Source: Gnetum montanum
Taxonomy: Eukaryota > Plantae > Gnetophyta
Direction of reading: 5' to 3'
Assembly: GCA_015680685.1 (NCBI GenBank)
Contig: MNCI01002704.1
Coordinates: 112,701 to 176,700 of the forward strand
DNA length: 64,000 nt
Shown: positions 1 to 12,466 of the stretch, in pieces
How positions within the stretch are numbered: the stretch's first letter is position 1
Layout: every line of letters starts with the position of its first letter
The notes under the pieces: generated by a model
What the model was told of the DNA's origin: nothing
Database searches by the model: none
What the model saw: the letters and a program-made list of their open reading frames with translations, nothing else
Translations under genes and position numbers: made by a program

Positions 1-1442
1 TCTCTTGGGTGCTTGGATGTTTTCTTCTTGAGTTTTCTTGCCATTCTGATGTTACCCAATTATTGGAAGTTGAGACAATAAAAGTAAGAATTCTTTGCAT
101 GGTGTGGTTCTCATGCATAAAAACACAAAACACAAAAGACAAAAAAAGAAAAAAAGAAGAAGGAAGAATTCAAAGCACACCCCTTAGATGAAATAAATTT
201 GGGCTACAAGCACTGGTTATGGAACTAAAAATTTTCCCTCTCACTAAGGCCCTTCTCGCTTCACTTTCTCTCCTCATTTTTTTCATCGGAATGGTGGTGG
301 CTCTTTGGAGGTGCATTCTTGTTACTTCAAGAGGATGGATTAACCGGATTCATTGATGCGAAGTCACTAGATGTGGTTGGTTTGAGGCTGGAGTTGGAAC
401 GAGATTTGCTAAGTCACATTAATCATGAAACACACAAGGGGCTATACACCACCTTGTTCTTGGGATTCCATTCCATTCTCTTCTCTCCATTCTTCTCTCC
501 ATTGTTTACCTCATTACCAGTTGTATCATTAGTGTATATTTTGGTAGATACATCGTGTTCTTTTTGATAAACTCTTACGGTTAGGTCTTTAAATCTTGTT
601 CCAAAGGACATTCCTAGAGCCTATGGCCTCTTTGAATGTGGGTTTGTTACGGTAGTAAGGGCATGAGCCTGCTTTGGGGAGGACCCACTAAAATTCCTAT
701 TTGGTGCACTAGTTAAATTCTTTCCCTTAACATTTTGCAATCCATTTTGTTTTGTTCATTTCCATCTTGACATCCACTTTATCAAAGTTACCATTGTTTC
801 TTTTTATCCATCCTTCTTATTCCTTCTCTTTTTCCATTCTCTCACTACTGGACGTTCGCGATTAGTCATGGGGGTATGAGGCCCTATTTTTTTGATTTTC
901 TCCTAGCCCCGATTTTTTTCAATTTTCTCCTAACCCCTACACATTTGGTAGTCATCATTAATATATCTCTAGATATGTATTAGCCATACCACAACCCAGC
1001 CAATGGACCTTTCACCGAAGAAAGGTATCAAGAAAGGTATCAATTACATGATAATTCATCTTCCCTTGCTAATACAAGACTGTGTTGTGTGTGCAGATGG
1101 TGATCATGCAATAACAGACTGAATCTAGAGGGAGCACTTGGAATGGAGTGGTACTGAAACAGCTCTGCAAGGAGCAAGATTGATGATGGGCTTATAGATG
1201 GACAACGAAAGGCGCAATTTGGCATTGGCAGCAACAACACTTCTTCTCTCTTCTCTCTCTTTCTCAGCTACCAAATGAGGCCTGATGTCAATGTAATAAG
1301 GTGTTCACCCTTGTTGTCATGAACACCAGTTGTTGAGTCTTGTAATGATGATCCATTCACATGTCATCCCATTAGTTCCATTGAGTCAATAATCCCATAC
1401 CTTCCCGATATTATTGTAAAGAACTCGAGGACGAGTTTTCAT

Positions 1443-1457
1443 TTAGTCATGGGGGTA
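1443..1457 (+). other. Polypurine-tract region of A1
   Basis: GAGGACG...TTAGTCATGGGGGTA lies immediately before TGATG. Related sequences occur at 862-879 and, after integrase, in A2 at ~7488-7502 (minus strand). Confidence 0.7.
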
Positions 1458-2241
1458 TGATGGGACACGATATCACGTACGTGATATCGCATCTTCCCCT
1501 GCAATATGGCCTACGTGATATCGCGGTGCGTCGTCATATCTATAAATAAGAGGCGGCTCTCCCTTGTTTCCTCATCCTAGACTAGAAAGTAGGGAAACTC
1601 TGGTAGATTGATCACTCCAAAGATAGAATATTTTCCATGTGCCCATAGTAGGAGTCCTAAAGTGAACGGATGTTTATTCGAGCAAACATTGTACCTGAAC
1701 ACAAGTTTGTGTATGGAAATAAAGAAGAGCTTCTTGGATAAACCTTGGAGTGCATGGAATAGGATTTTATTACCTATTATTTATTATTTGTTATTTATTG
1801 CTTTCTCTATCAATCCTTCTCTCCTAGTTAACTGCCTCAGTACGACCACTTCAAGCATGTGCATTATGTGTGGTGATCCCAGCAACAACTAGCATTTGGT
1901 AGCCACGATTGCATCGGTTCAGGGTGTGTACGATAAGTGGGAATGGATGTTGATGCTAGGTTAATTTAGACTTAGTTAATTAGTTAAAGTTAGAAATTTT
2001 TCTCTTCAACCGTTCACCTCAGTAGCATAGGAGATAAAATAGAAAAGCTATAAAAATCATATACCTCGGACTTACTTAACCATACACCATGAAAAATACA
2101 AGTAAGTTTGGGAAGACAATGAATAATTAACCTTCAGTGTTCCATGGGCATGTAGGCACTTAGTCTATGGAGTTCGACTAGATCGCACGTGCTACGGTCG
2201 TATTCATATGGTTGAGTGTAGGGGTATCTTGCCACTCATCA
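1458..2241 (+). repeat. 3' LTR of A1 (784 bp)
   Basis: Termini TGATG...CATCA, TATAAAT at 1541-1547, and 3' end homologous to the A3 LTRs. Confidence 0.8.
1468..1547 (+). promoter_or_regulatory. A1 LTR U3 promoter: 22-bp palindrome, third half-site and TATA box
   Basis: CGATATCACGTACGTGATATCG at 1468-1489, ACGTGATATCG at 1513-1523, TATAAAT at 1541-1547. Confidence 0.6.
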
Positions 2242-3340
2242 CACAGTTCTCTGCTAATCCATCCAACAACATGAGCAAAGGGTCTCAATAGCTTCTTTAG
2301 GGATGATGTTACCTATCCACTAGTATATTTATACCTTCTCAATTAAGGATATGCTTAAGATGCATATCCCTTCTTTTTCAATTTTTAAGGCTTGGTGCTA
2401 GATTCTACTTCATCAACATGGGTGGAGCTCCTCTCTTCTAAATACTCACCAAGGATATTTTTTCCTTTAAGAAAAGGCATGTCAGGTATGGGAACAACTC
2501 TCTATGAGATTAGAAAATTGATGAGGTGAGGATGCACATAGGTTCTCTCATTGCTGTCTGGGTCCAACATTGACTAGTGGAGAGTGTGACCTAGATCCAA
2601 GGGTTGCCCTATGAGAGGGAAATAGAGAAAAGATGATTTGATTGGCAACAAATAATTATAGCTTCCTCATATTACAATGATATTATATAAAATAATGAGA
2701 GAGAGGATGGAAGCATCTATGGAAATTTGAATCCTATAAACTCTCCTACTGTGTAAAGATACTGACTCCTTGAACAAAGCATCACAAAATTTATCTTTCC
2801 AAACAAGAATCACACCATTTGTAAAAATATCATTCATGGAATGAATGGTGACTTTAAACACATTAGAATTAGAAATCCCAAATATAGCATTAATAAATTG
2901 AAAAGAGACATCAATTAGAAATCCCCCAATTCTGGTAGTAAAAGCCCCTAATAGAAGCATTTGTAACCACAATGTTGCTATAAAATTCTCTAATGAGAAT
3001 TTCATGCACATAAAAATTCATTGAAATGAGAGTAACCTAATTTAAAACTTGGAAAAATCCCATTAGATCATTCTAATGATGCTGATGAAAACATCGAGAA
3101 CAACTAGAGATGATAGAAATGATTTGAGTTACCTCAAACTGATGCTAGACATCAAGGAACCTAAACTAAGGAGTGTATGTATTTACAGCACTAGAGGAAG
3201 CTCTCTTTGACTTCTTGCTCTTCCTTGGTGGAATTTTTGATGTTGCAACCTTCTTATGGGTCATGGATTTGAAGGAAAAACCATAAATTACTATTTTTGA
3301 TGAAGCCTTGGTCATCTCCCCCTAGTCATCTATGGTAGAA
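2242..3340 (-). pseudogene. Degenerate env-like/extra ORF of the SIRE-like element
   Basis: Lies 3' of gag in the same orientation. Basic N-terminus (PPRKSKKSK), Ser-rich middle, and ERTYVHPHLINF resembling the VYPxLVxxF motif of plant retroelement extra ORFs. Multiple stops. Confidence 0.45.
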
Positions 3341-3779
3341 CATGGAAGAATGAATGAAAAATGAGAACTCGGATTTGTATAATCACATTCAATGAGGATT
3401 TTTTATGAAAATATAGATGTCTCCTTTGAGAGATATATTTCTATGTCACACTTAAAAACAATAGATAGAAATTTTATTAAGAAAGTAAAAATCTTTGCTA
3501 CATCAAGAAAAAATACAAGTAGATGTTGTTTTTGAGAAGTAGATGTCTCTTTGGTCATGAAGACATCTCGTGAGGAATATGTCTCATCAAGGCTGAGATT
3601 CAAATATTCATCAACAAGGGGTTAGGAATGGTTGCCATGGATTATAGTGTTAAGAGTAATAATGAACTAAAAACCTTACCTCTACTTATCTTTCTTTCTA
3701 AAGAATATGAAGGTGCATAAGGATCTTGAGAGTGGGATCCACCTTTTGAGGTACCTCCTCTTATGTACACTTCTTCTAT

Positions 3780-5600
3780 TTCTAATTACTAGCTCCCCTT
3801 TACATATTGGTCAAATAGGATTTTCTTGTCATCATATTCTTTCCTTTTGACTCTCCATATCTTTCTAACACTTTTATCATTTTAAGTTATACCCATTCTT
3901 ATATTGTCTTGCATAGATACCTTTCTAGACATATTTGGATCATATCAAGGAGTTTTGTGATATCTCCAAGTGTTCATATGATAATGCTTCAAATCAAAAA
4001 CCCATTGTTTATGCCCAAATCTAGTAGAATAATAACATCTAGCTTTCTTTGTAGTTATTAAACCTTGAAGTTGTTCTTTGCCTAAACATAGTGTCAGGAG
4101 TTTAATCTTTGAAGAGACTTCTTGTTTGGATACATTTTGTGGAGATGCTTATTCTTGTTAACTATAGCCTAGTTCACTTTTATCATTTGGATTTATTCCT
4201 TGCCCAAGAACTCTTTAGAGTGATTCTTTTTATTTTAGTAGCCTTTCATTCACAAGTTTAGCATTTGCAAGTTTTTTCTTTATCTTCTCATAGGACATAG
4301 TTATTTTTTTTATTCTTAGTCGTTAGGTTTGAGGTTTCTTTTGTGAGATCTACAACTTTCATATTTAATAAAGAGACATCTTGATCTTTGTTCTTTATTT
4401 CTTTCTTTAATTTTATACAAATATTTTAAATAGATAAAAGTTCATTACACATAAGATCATACTATTCTTCTTCTATTTCTATTTGATCATCTTCATCCAA
4501 CAAACTAGTATTGTCATTTGTGAGAGCCATATAGATGAGATGTGAATCTTTTGAAGTATCCTCCATCTCTTCTTCACTTTGCTCTACATCATTCCATCTT
4601 GGATAGAAGTTAGTCTTCTTCATGTCCACATTAGTCTTATCATTTCATTGTTACTTCCTATTGCTAGGACATTCAAAGGCCACTTGCCTTTTGCACAACA
4701 TAACTAACATTCTATTGCAAAAACATCAAGATTAGAATTTGAAAATTTTTTACCTCTATCCTTTTCTTTGGAGTTATATTGGTTGGGTCTTGATTGATTG
4801 GAGGCTTCTTCCCTTTCTTTCTAGAAGCCTTTGAACTCTTCTTAATAGAAGAGCTATTTCCTCTTTGTTGTTCGCCTCTTGCTAAATCGGCTTCTTTTCT
4901 TTGGATGCTAATTTTAAAGTAATGGGATTTTGTTTTATTTCCCCTTCACTTATGAGTTTCATTTCATAGGCAATGAAAACAATTTGAAATTCTTCAAATT
5001 TTAAGAATAAAAAATCCCTAATTTCTTCCATAGTTGTAACCTTAAGTCTAAATTCAAGTTGTAGTGTTCTAATCATTTTAATGATGACATTACTTTTAGG
5101 TAATCCTTTGCCTATATGCTTAATAACTACGACTAGATCGTTTTCCTTAGAAAAATAATCTTTTATCTTATCTCATCCCCTCATTTTAAGGTTGTCGTAC
5201 TCATTTTACAAAACCAAGAGTTTGGATTGTTTAACTATGAAGTTTCCCTCATAGATAGCTTTTAAGATTTTCCAAATCTCTTTCACTATTCTACTTTCAA
5301 CTACTCTATTAAATTTAGACTTATTTAATGTATAATATAAAAAAATTTTTGCTTTAGAATTGTACATAAACTTATCTCTCTCTTCTGATGTCCACTTTCT
5401 CCATGGCTTGAGGCCTTCATTATAATGTCAACAAGTCATGTGCATCCTTCAAGGATGGATTCTCATACCTGAAAATCCAATGACTTGAAGAAGCCTTACA
5501 TTTATTCCTTCTAGTAAGTAAAATCAAATCCATCAAACATTGGTAACTTTGTATAGGATGTCCCCTCGATAATTTACTCTTGAAAGTTGAAGCCAACTGT
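3780..5600 (-). pseudogene. gag: Copia gag (DUF4219/UBN2-like plus zinc knuckles), disrupted
   Basis: PMFDGFDFTY*KE*M*GFFKSLDFQV*ESI at ~5450-5550; KMIRTLQLEFRLKVTTMEEIRD (ORF 4882-5076); knuckle remnants near 4665-4710 and 3995-4040. Confidence 0.8.
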
Positions 5601-5611
5601 AACAGTACCAT

Positions 5612-5623
5612 GCTACGATACCA
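5612..5623 (-). other. Primer-binding site, tRNA-iMet type
   Basis: TGGTATCGTAGC versus canonical TGGTATCAGAGC, 2 nt after the LTR-terminal CA. Confidence 0.75.
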
Positions 5624-5625
5624 CT

Positions 5626-6681
5626 TGAGGATAAAGAACTTAGAAGGGGTGCGAGGGAAGTNNNNNNNNNNNNNNNNNNNNNNNNNNNNCGCGGGGGGCT
5701 GTTGGAGTGGCAGACGAATAAGTTCCCAATTTAAATTGTACCTACAACACATAAAAAAATAATTTTATATGGACCAAAAATTTGGATATTTCCATAGTTA
5801 GAGGGTAGAATCTATGTGCATCTTTGAACTTTGTTTCTTAATCAAATGTGGTTTGAAGGGCACCATAGCTTATAAAAGATTTGAACTCCATACCAAAGTG
5901 TTTCATCACTGTGAAACCACACCCCACAACGACCCAACAACTCAATGTGGATGCATTCTCAAGAAGCACATCAATCCCATGGAGAAATCAAGAAAAAGAA
6001 AAAGGTACAAGGAAAGAATGTAATTAGAATTACAAGTCCTTATTGTTGAAGCTTAATTCAACATACAATCAAGAAAATGATGTTACAATGAAGAACAAGA
6101 ATACAAAGGCATAGATATGACAATGATTGCTTTGATGTGAATAGTTCTTGCATAATTTTCAAGAATTTAGTATCTTCTTATAGCCTTGGAGTTTTTTAAA
6201 ACTTCTCTAAATTTGTGCAATAGCTACCCAATGGCTAACATAGATGTCTCCTTCAAAGTTGGGACATCTACCTAAGATTGATCTATATTTAGAAGAGATG
6301 TCTCACTGGAAAATGGGATGTCTCCTATGGGACATCTCTGGGTAGATGTCTTCTCGAGAATACATACATCTACTATTTTAGGAGATGTCTCCTCAATTCT
6401 TGGGCTCTTGTTTTTGAGGCTTTCTCTCATCAATTTGTCTTCTTCTCAGTCCTTGGAGCATCTTCATTTACTTTATAGTCTTTGATTTTAGTCCATGCTC
6501 ATTCATGCTCTCATCTTGGCTCATAAAGTCTTTACTTTATCATCTAGTTGTAGATCTTATTTCCCTTGAATCCTTAGTTCTCATGTGAAGTGCTTGTTTA
6601 TGGACTATAAACACATCATCCATAATAATCACTCTATGTTCCTCATTTTCCATAAGGTTTGGACATACCAAAAGGTCAACA
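5626..6681 (-). repeat. 5' LTR of the SIRE-like element (contains an assembly gap)
   Basis: On the minus strand it begins TGTTGACC and ends CCTCA before the PBS. It has an AGAYGTCTC motif cluster at 6241-6392. Athila sequence resumes after 6681. Confidence 0.6.
5662..5689. other. Assembly gap (28 N)
   Basis: Run of N. Confidence 1.
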
Positions 6682-9600
6682 TTAAGTGGTTTTAGAAAAC
6701 TTGACCATTAGTTAGAAGCATGCATTCAAGCATTTGTAACATATCTTTCTAGCCCCATAGCCAATGCAAATATCATTAGAGGAGTACCTTCAAACATTGG
6801 TAACATGTCTTTTCATTGGTATCCCAAGAATTAGTTTTCTTTTGTTAATTAATTAGTTTGTGACTATGCTTTCCTTACTAGAGAACTAACTTTAGGCATA
6901 GGTAACATCTTTTTCTAGTAACGTGATAAGTTTACACTTATCTAAGAACATGCTTTCATTAAAATTAAAACATGAATAATGATATAAACACATGAAGTAG
7001 TAATACCCCTAGAAAAATTGCAAGAAATCAACAAGTTACCTTAATGTCATATCATTTTCTATTTCCTCTTAATCCTTGCCCATTTCCTCAAGGCATAAAA
7101 ATCATGAGTTAACTTTAGTTTTGATGAGAGAAGAACCATACAAATTTCATGATGAAGATTTCTTATTTATATAAACTAAAGAAATAGATGGCGTGGTTTC
7201 ATTATTTCAGACAAATGCTTATCCAATCATCTTGATAATATAGGATACTATCCAAATAACAAAGTTGGCCTATATAAAAATAATAATTCTTATTAATGTA
7301 AAATGTAAAATCAAAATTAAAATAAAGGTTTGAAAATAAAATGAATTAAAAACATTAAAATTATAAAAGAAAATAGAAAATTATTAGAAATAGAAAACAT
7401 CTAAAGAATCGATAAAATTAAAAGAAAATGTAAAATACAAAGTTAAAAAATCATGCCCTTACAAGATCTTAGGTTAGATGGGTATCTCCCTCATGACTAA
7501 GTTAAAATATGAAGATATGAAAAACATAATGGTCTTGGATATGGATTATAATTTTTGTGAAGTTCTTAGCTACTACAAAATCTCTAAATGGTTTTTCCTA
7601 TTACGTGTTGATTAAGATTAACTTATTAAGGAAATAAGGATGATAAATCTAAATGACATGTGAATGGAAAGTGGAGTGGATAATATAGGCTCTTTTCCAC
7701 GATGTTTAGAATTTTGTTTGTTAAGGTATATGTATGGGGTTTTAATAAAGGACCTTATCTTCTAGTTGAAATTCCACCTTTTGTATCTTAGCATCATGAC
7801 ACTTCTTATTTCTTAGAATTGTGACATTATTTGGTTTATGCCTTGTGCACTTTATTCATCATAAGAATTATTTGTTTGTTTGTTTGTTTTTCTTTGCATT
7901 TTAAGGTTCATGAGATGGTATTTTTATGTTAGAATGATGTTAAGATCAAGCTCATAAGCTATGTTGAGTGTACATAATTCTACTTGTATGGAAAGTTTTA
8001 GTAGCTTACTGTACACTAAGTCATAGGGAGAGTAGCCTATAGGGAGTTTTCAACTGAAGTGGTAGGTCCTTAAGATATCATTAAATTTTGTGCACTAGTC
8101 TCACCTATACCTACTAATGATCCTAGTAAGAATTCTTATGATTTCCCTATTTGATACTTTTTCTTGACTATTTTTTTTTGGGGATGATATGGTGTTGTTA
8201 GTTAAGGTTCCACCTCTAAATATTTCATTAGGTCTCTAAATTTAGCATCTGTAAAGTGAGTTTCATCATCAAAAATAAGTGCCCTATATATACTAAACCT
8301 ATTTACCATACTTTCTTGAAAAAACATGGTTGTAATCATGGATGCACAATCTATTATTACTATAGCCTCTACTCATTATTTATAATAGTTGACTATAACG
8401 ATGATGTAGGATTTCCCATTAAACATGGATGTGATGAGGTCCATAAAATTAATTCCTCAAATATTAAAAGATTTTAATGGTTAGATTCATTATTAATGAG
8501 CCTTTAGCCTTGTAATTATTCCTCCATCTCTTTAGCATCACTCATAAGAGTTGTCAAATGTGCATCCCTAAAGATTATAGGCTAAAAGTATCCAACCATG
8601 AGGATTTTGATGGTCATTTTCATACTTGCATAGTGACCCTCACAAGAATCTTTGTATACATCCTAGAGAATTCTGATTTGGTCTTCATCGAGCATATACC
8701 ATCGCACTAATCCTTCCATGTAGATCTTGTAGAGGTTATCCTATATCTTCATATAATGCTGATTTGGTAAAGAAAGTATTACGTTTTCTTTCCATCCCAT
8801 TAGAGAAGAACCTCTTATGTGAGTAAATATAAGAGAAATTCTAGATACCATGATTTGGCTACATCTATTATGAAGATTGTTACATGTGTAAAAAGTATCT
8901 CATTAAGAAATTAATCAAAAATAGGTTCTACATTAGTCTTATTATTTCATATTAATTGAGATAAATGATCTACAACAATGTTCTTAGTTCTCTTCCATTT
9001 AATCATTGTAAGATCAAACTGTTGTAATATCACCAACCACCATATGATATGGTGACTAATTAATGGCTTGCTTACTAAGAAGGGTATTGCATTGTGAGCT
9101 ATAAAAACTAGATATCCAAGAACATAGTACTTGAATTTATAAAAGGCATATACTATAGTCATCAGTTCCTTCTTTGTTATGGAGTAGTTTAGTTGTGCAC
9201 TTGCAATACTCCTACTTGTATAATGGATATAGTATGGTCATTTGTGATCATCCAACTCTTTAATAGTAGCTCCCAACATGATGTTTGATGTAGTTATCAT
9301 GATGTGAAATAGTTTATACCAATTGAAAACTTATAGAATTGAACTTTCTAGAAGTTTCTACTTTAGAAGTTAGAACACATGCTTACATTCCTTAGTAGAT
9401 TTGAATAGTGTATCCTTCTTTGTTAAGTCTACTAGTCATTTACTAATCTGAAAGAAATTCTCAATAAATCTCTTGTAGTTTTATATATATCCAAGAAATA
9501 ATGAAACATCTTTTATTATTTGTAACTACTATGTTATTTCTTGGATTACATACATCTTTTCTAGATCTACCTTGATCCTTTTCTTGAAACTTGGTGCCCT

Positions 9601-10300
9601 AGGACAATGTCCTTCTAGATGATCAAATAGCTTTTCTACTAGTTGTACTTGAGGTTTTTCTCCATATATTATTTTAAAACATTATCTAACTAGTCTATTG
9701 CTTACTTAAAGTATAACCCATAGGTGGATAATTCATCCATGAAGACCTCCATATTGCTGCCTACATTTTTCTAAAATATAAAGGAAAAGTTATTATAAGC
9801 TTATGTATGCATTACACAAGTTGAATAGAATCTTTTTATATGCAAAAGTCTCTCAAGGACTTGTGAATATTATCTTAACCTAGTTTTTAAAAACTATTTA
9901 AATTTGATTATAATCACTATAGTCATTGAGAAAGATGTAATACTTATGGATTATAATGGTGTCTAGCAATTTGTTTATAAATGATAATGGAAAATGATCC
10001 TTGAAGACTGCCATGTTCAATAGTCTAAAGTCAATGAAAATTTTCAACTACCATCCTTTCTTAGCTACAATAACTAGAGAACTTACCCACTTACTATTTT
10101 CTATAAGATAGATGAATCCAATTATTAGGGGCTTCTCTATCTCCTTCTTGACTACTTACTTTAGTTTAGAATTCAATCTTCTTTATGGTTATTTCTTAGG
10201 CTTGATGAAAGGATCTATGTAGATTCTATACTGGCATATGCATGGATCAATGCCTACAATTTTATCATATGACTAGATAAATGCTATTGGTCATCTATTA
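6682..10300 (-). mobile_element. Athila-like Ty3/gypsy element A2 fragment (pol plus 3' non-coding region)
   Basis: Collinear with A3 pol. Bases 6880-6960 match the A3 non-coding block at 40490-40570. Internal PPT-like TTAGTCATGAGGGAG follows integrase. Confidence 0.85.
7560..10300 (-). pseudogene. pol: RT-RNase H-integrase of A2, disrupted
   Basis: RT: WVSSLVIVAKK..IFIDFRLLN..KDHFPL and MEVFMDE (~9735-9752). RNase H: KELMTIVYAFYKFKYYVLG. Integrase: CEGHYAS and GINFMD..YIIVIVNY..VEAI..LIFDDETHF. Confidence 0.9.
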
Positions 10301-11747
10301 GAAACCTAAGGTAAAACTTCATTGTAAATGTGAAAATTCTAATCCATAAGAGGCAATATCACATATTTCATACTTTTGATGCTTAAAAATGCCTCACAAG
10401 TGGCCAAATCCTCATTTTCTAAGTGAAAAGAGTCACCTAGTATCTATATTTTGGATTGGGAAGGTCAAAAATGCCTTTTGGAATGCCAAAAATGGCAATT
10501 TGATGGGTTTTATGGGGCTATACACTTTTCTCTACTGGAAACACTAGTAGGTAATAAATCTCATCTGCCCCTAGCATGGAGGGATGTGAATCACCTACTC
10601 TCAGCACAGAGGCATCAAAACTAGCATGGAGGAGTGCAAGGAGAAGGATCTCACTAACCCCTAGCATAGAAGAATGGTAATACTCAAAATGGAAGGGTTT
10701 GACTTTCACCCTTAGCATTGATCTTTCATCCCTCCCAACATTGACACCTCCTCCCTAGCGTAGAAGCAACATGACCAAGATTTTAGCATCACATCAACTT
10801 TAGCAAGAACCCTAAAATGCTAACATGGAAGGTTGAAGGCCTAGCATGGAAGGTGCATCCCCATTACTATTTTTGGTAAATAAAATGGCCATGGGGGTAT
10901 GAAACTTTCCATATATGGTAACCTCCTTAGAGTTTGGGTACCTACCCCCTAAATGTGGCAAAACTTTGTAGCAAGTTTTAGCCAATTTGCAACCCAATCT
11001 ATTAGCCATTTGTAGCAAATTTGCAATCCAAATTATGACCAAGAACGTATAAAGCCAAAATCCAACACCATTTTAAGGTTTGGTGCTTTAGACATTTTTG
11101 AGAATTTGGCATTTTGGGCATTTAAGATCTCTTGCTACCTAGTAGAAATGCAGCTTCTTGGAACCTTCCAGCGTAGAACCATTATAGCCTTATTACCCTT
11201 GTTACCTCCTTTGGGATTTTTAAACCTTTGGTGTTAACATTGCTCCTCCTGGGATCTTCAAATCCCAACATGGAGAATTTTGGCAACCCTAATCCTTCAC
11301 ATTTCTTAACCCTAGTGATGATCAACATTATAAATTTTTGAGTGGTAGTAGATAAGGTTGGATAACATTGGGAGTGGTTGAGCATATGGATTGTGAAGTG
11401 GATTTTATTGACTTCAATGTACTTGGAACCTCCATCCAAGTGAATCCCCTTTACTCTCCTATGGGCACTTTTGTAGACATTTCTAAGCTCCTTATTTATT
11501 CATTCAATAAAGTTGATAGTTACATTTCGTATGCAATTTGTATTCGTTATGAGTTTTCAAATGTACAATTTTTTTAAACATTTTTCACAATTCCATTTTG
11601 CATTCCCCTAAGTCTCTAGATGATTTACTAGATCATCTAGGATAACCTAAATCCCATTCTTTTCAAAGGCCCTAGGGATTTGGTTTTGAGGATGTTTGTG
11701 GTTAAGAATCCTTGACTTTTTAGTGTCCAATATTCTTAGTTTCTATA
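10301..11747 (+). repeat. 5' LTR of B1 (first ~60 bp missing)
   Basis: Homologous to 50076-51385. TATAAA at ~11048. Ends TTCTATA (decayed TCTACA) before the PBS. Confidence 0.75.
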
Positions 11748-11754
11748 GTTTTCT

Positions 11755-11771
11755 TGGTGCTAGAAGGAGGG
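11755..11771 (+). other. Primer-binding site, tRNA-Asn(GUU) type
   Basis: TGGTGCTAGAAGGAGGG is one transition from TGGCGCTAGAAGGAGGG, the complement of the plant tRNA-Asn 3' end. Confidence 0.85.
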
Positions 11772-12466
11772 CATACGCCTAATTTCTTCATTAAAATATA
11801 CTCTTCCCATAGCCAATGTTGACTTGCAAGTTGCAAGTCTTATTTTTTTACTAAAAACCTTTGTCTTTCAACCAAGATTAATGGTGTAACCCATCCCCCT
11901 ATGCCCCAGAAACCTAGTGTGGATGTTACATGCATTTGGATGTTGGAATTTTCATAGTAGTTGTGAAATCCCAAGGCCAACATTGGTTTTTAGGTTCATT
12001 TTCATCCTCCTCTTGCCACCACATTTTCCCTAAAAAGTCAATGTTGGTGGTCTCAATAATCAAACCCCCATCCCCTTCATCCTTCTTGTGAAATTTGGCA
12101 ACTCACCAAAACAATTTTATGGAATGTCCTAGGTTTCCATTTTGGTTGTCAAACATATCCCCCTTTACCAATTTTGGAATGGGAAGGTATGAGATCCTTC
12201 CATCTCATCCCCTTATTTTCACCCTACCACACCCAGCATGGAGGACACTCTAAAGCTAGTGTAGGTAAAGTTTGTTACAACCTTTTTAAATTTCTATTTT
12301 TGACAAAGAGATATACCCCATCTTACATCTCACTTACTATTTATAGTAAGTACTTCATTTTCAGCCATTTTTCCTTCTTTGGACTATTTTTAAATTACAC
12401 TTTCTGGAATTTATTTATACTTTTACCTTTTATAGCCATTTGCAAACCACTTTTGGCATAACAGTC

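Larger units (their letters stand above)
1..2241 (+). mobile_element. Athila-like Ty3/gypsy element A1, 3' non-coding region plus 3' LTR (5' part outside window)
   Basis: Bases ~85-745 match the reverse complement of the post-integrase non-coding block of Athila A3 (~39970-40650). A PPT is followed by an LTR whose end (CCACTCATCA and the preceding ~40 bp) matches the A3 LTR end at 47482. Confidence 0.8.
2242..6681 (-). mobile_element. SIRE-like Ty1/copia element, pol deleted, interrupted at left by A1
   Basis: Contains an LTR, an iMet PBS, a Copia gag with two zinc-knuckle remnants and a downstream extra ORF. No PR/INT/RT motifs were seen. Confidence 0.7.

Noticed and set aside
11755-11771. 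tRNA gene
   Set aside because: Only a 17-nt complement of the tRNA 3' end next to an LTR, so it is a PBS.
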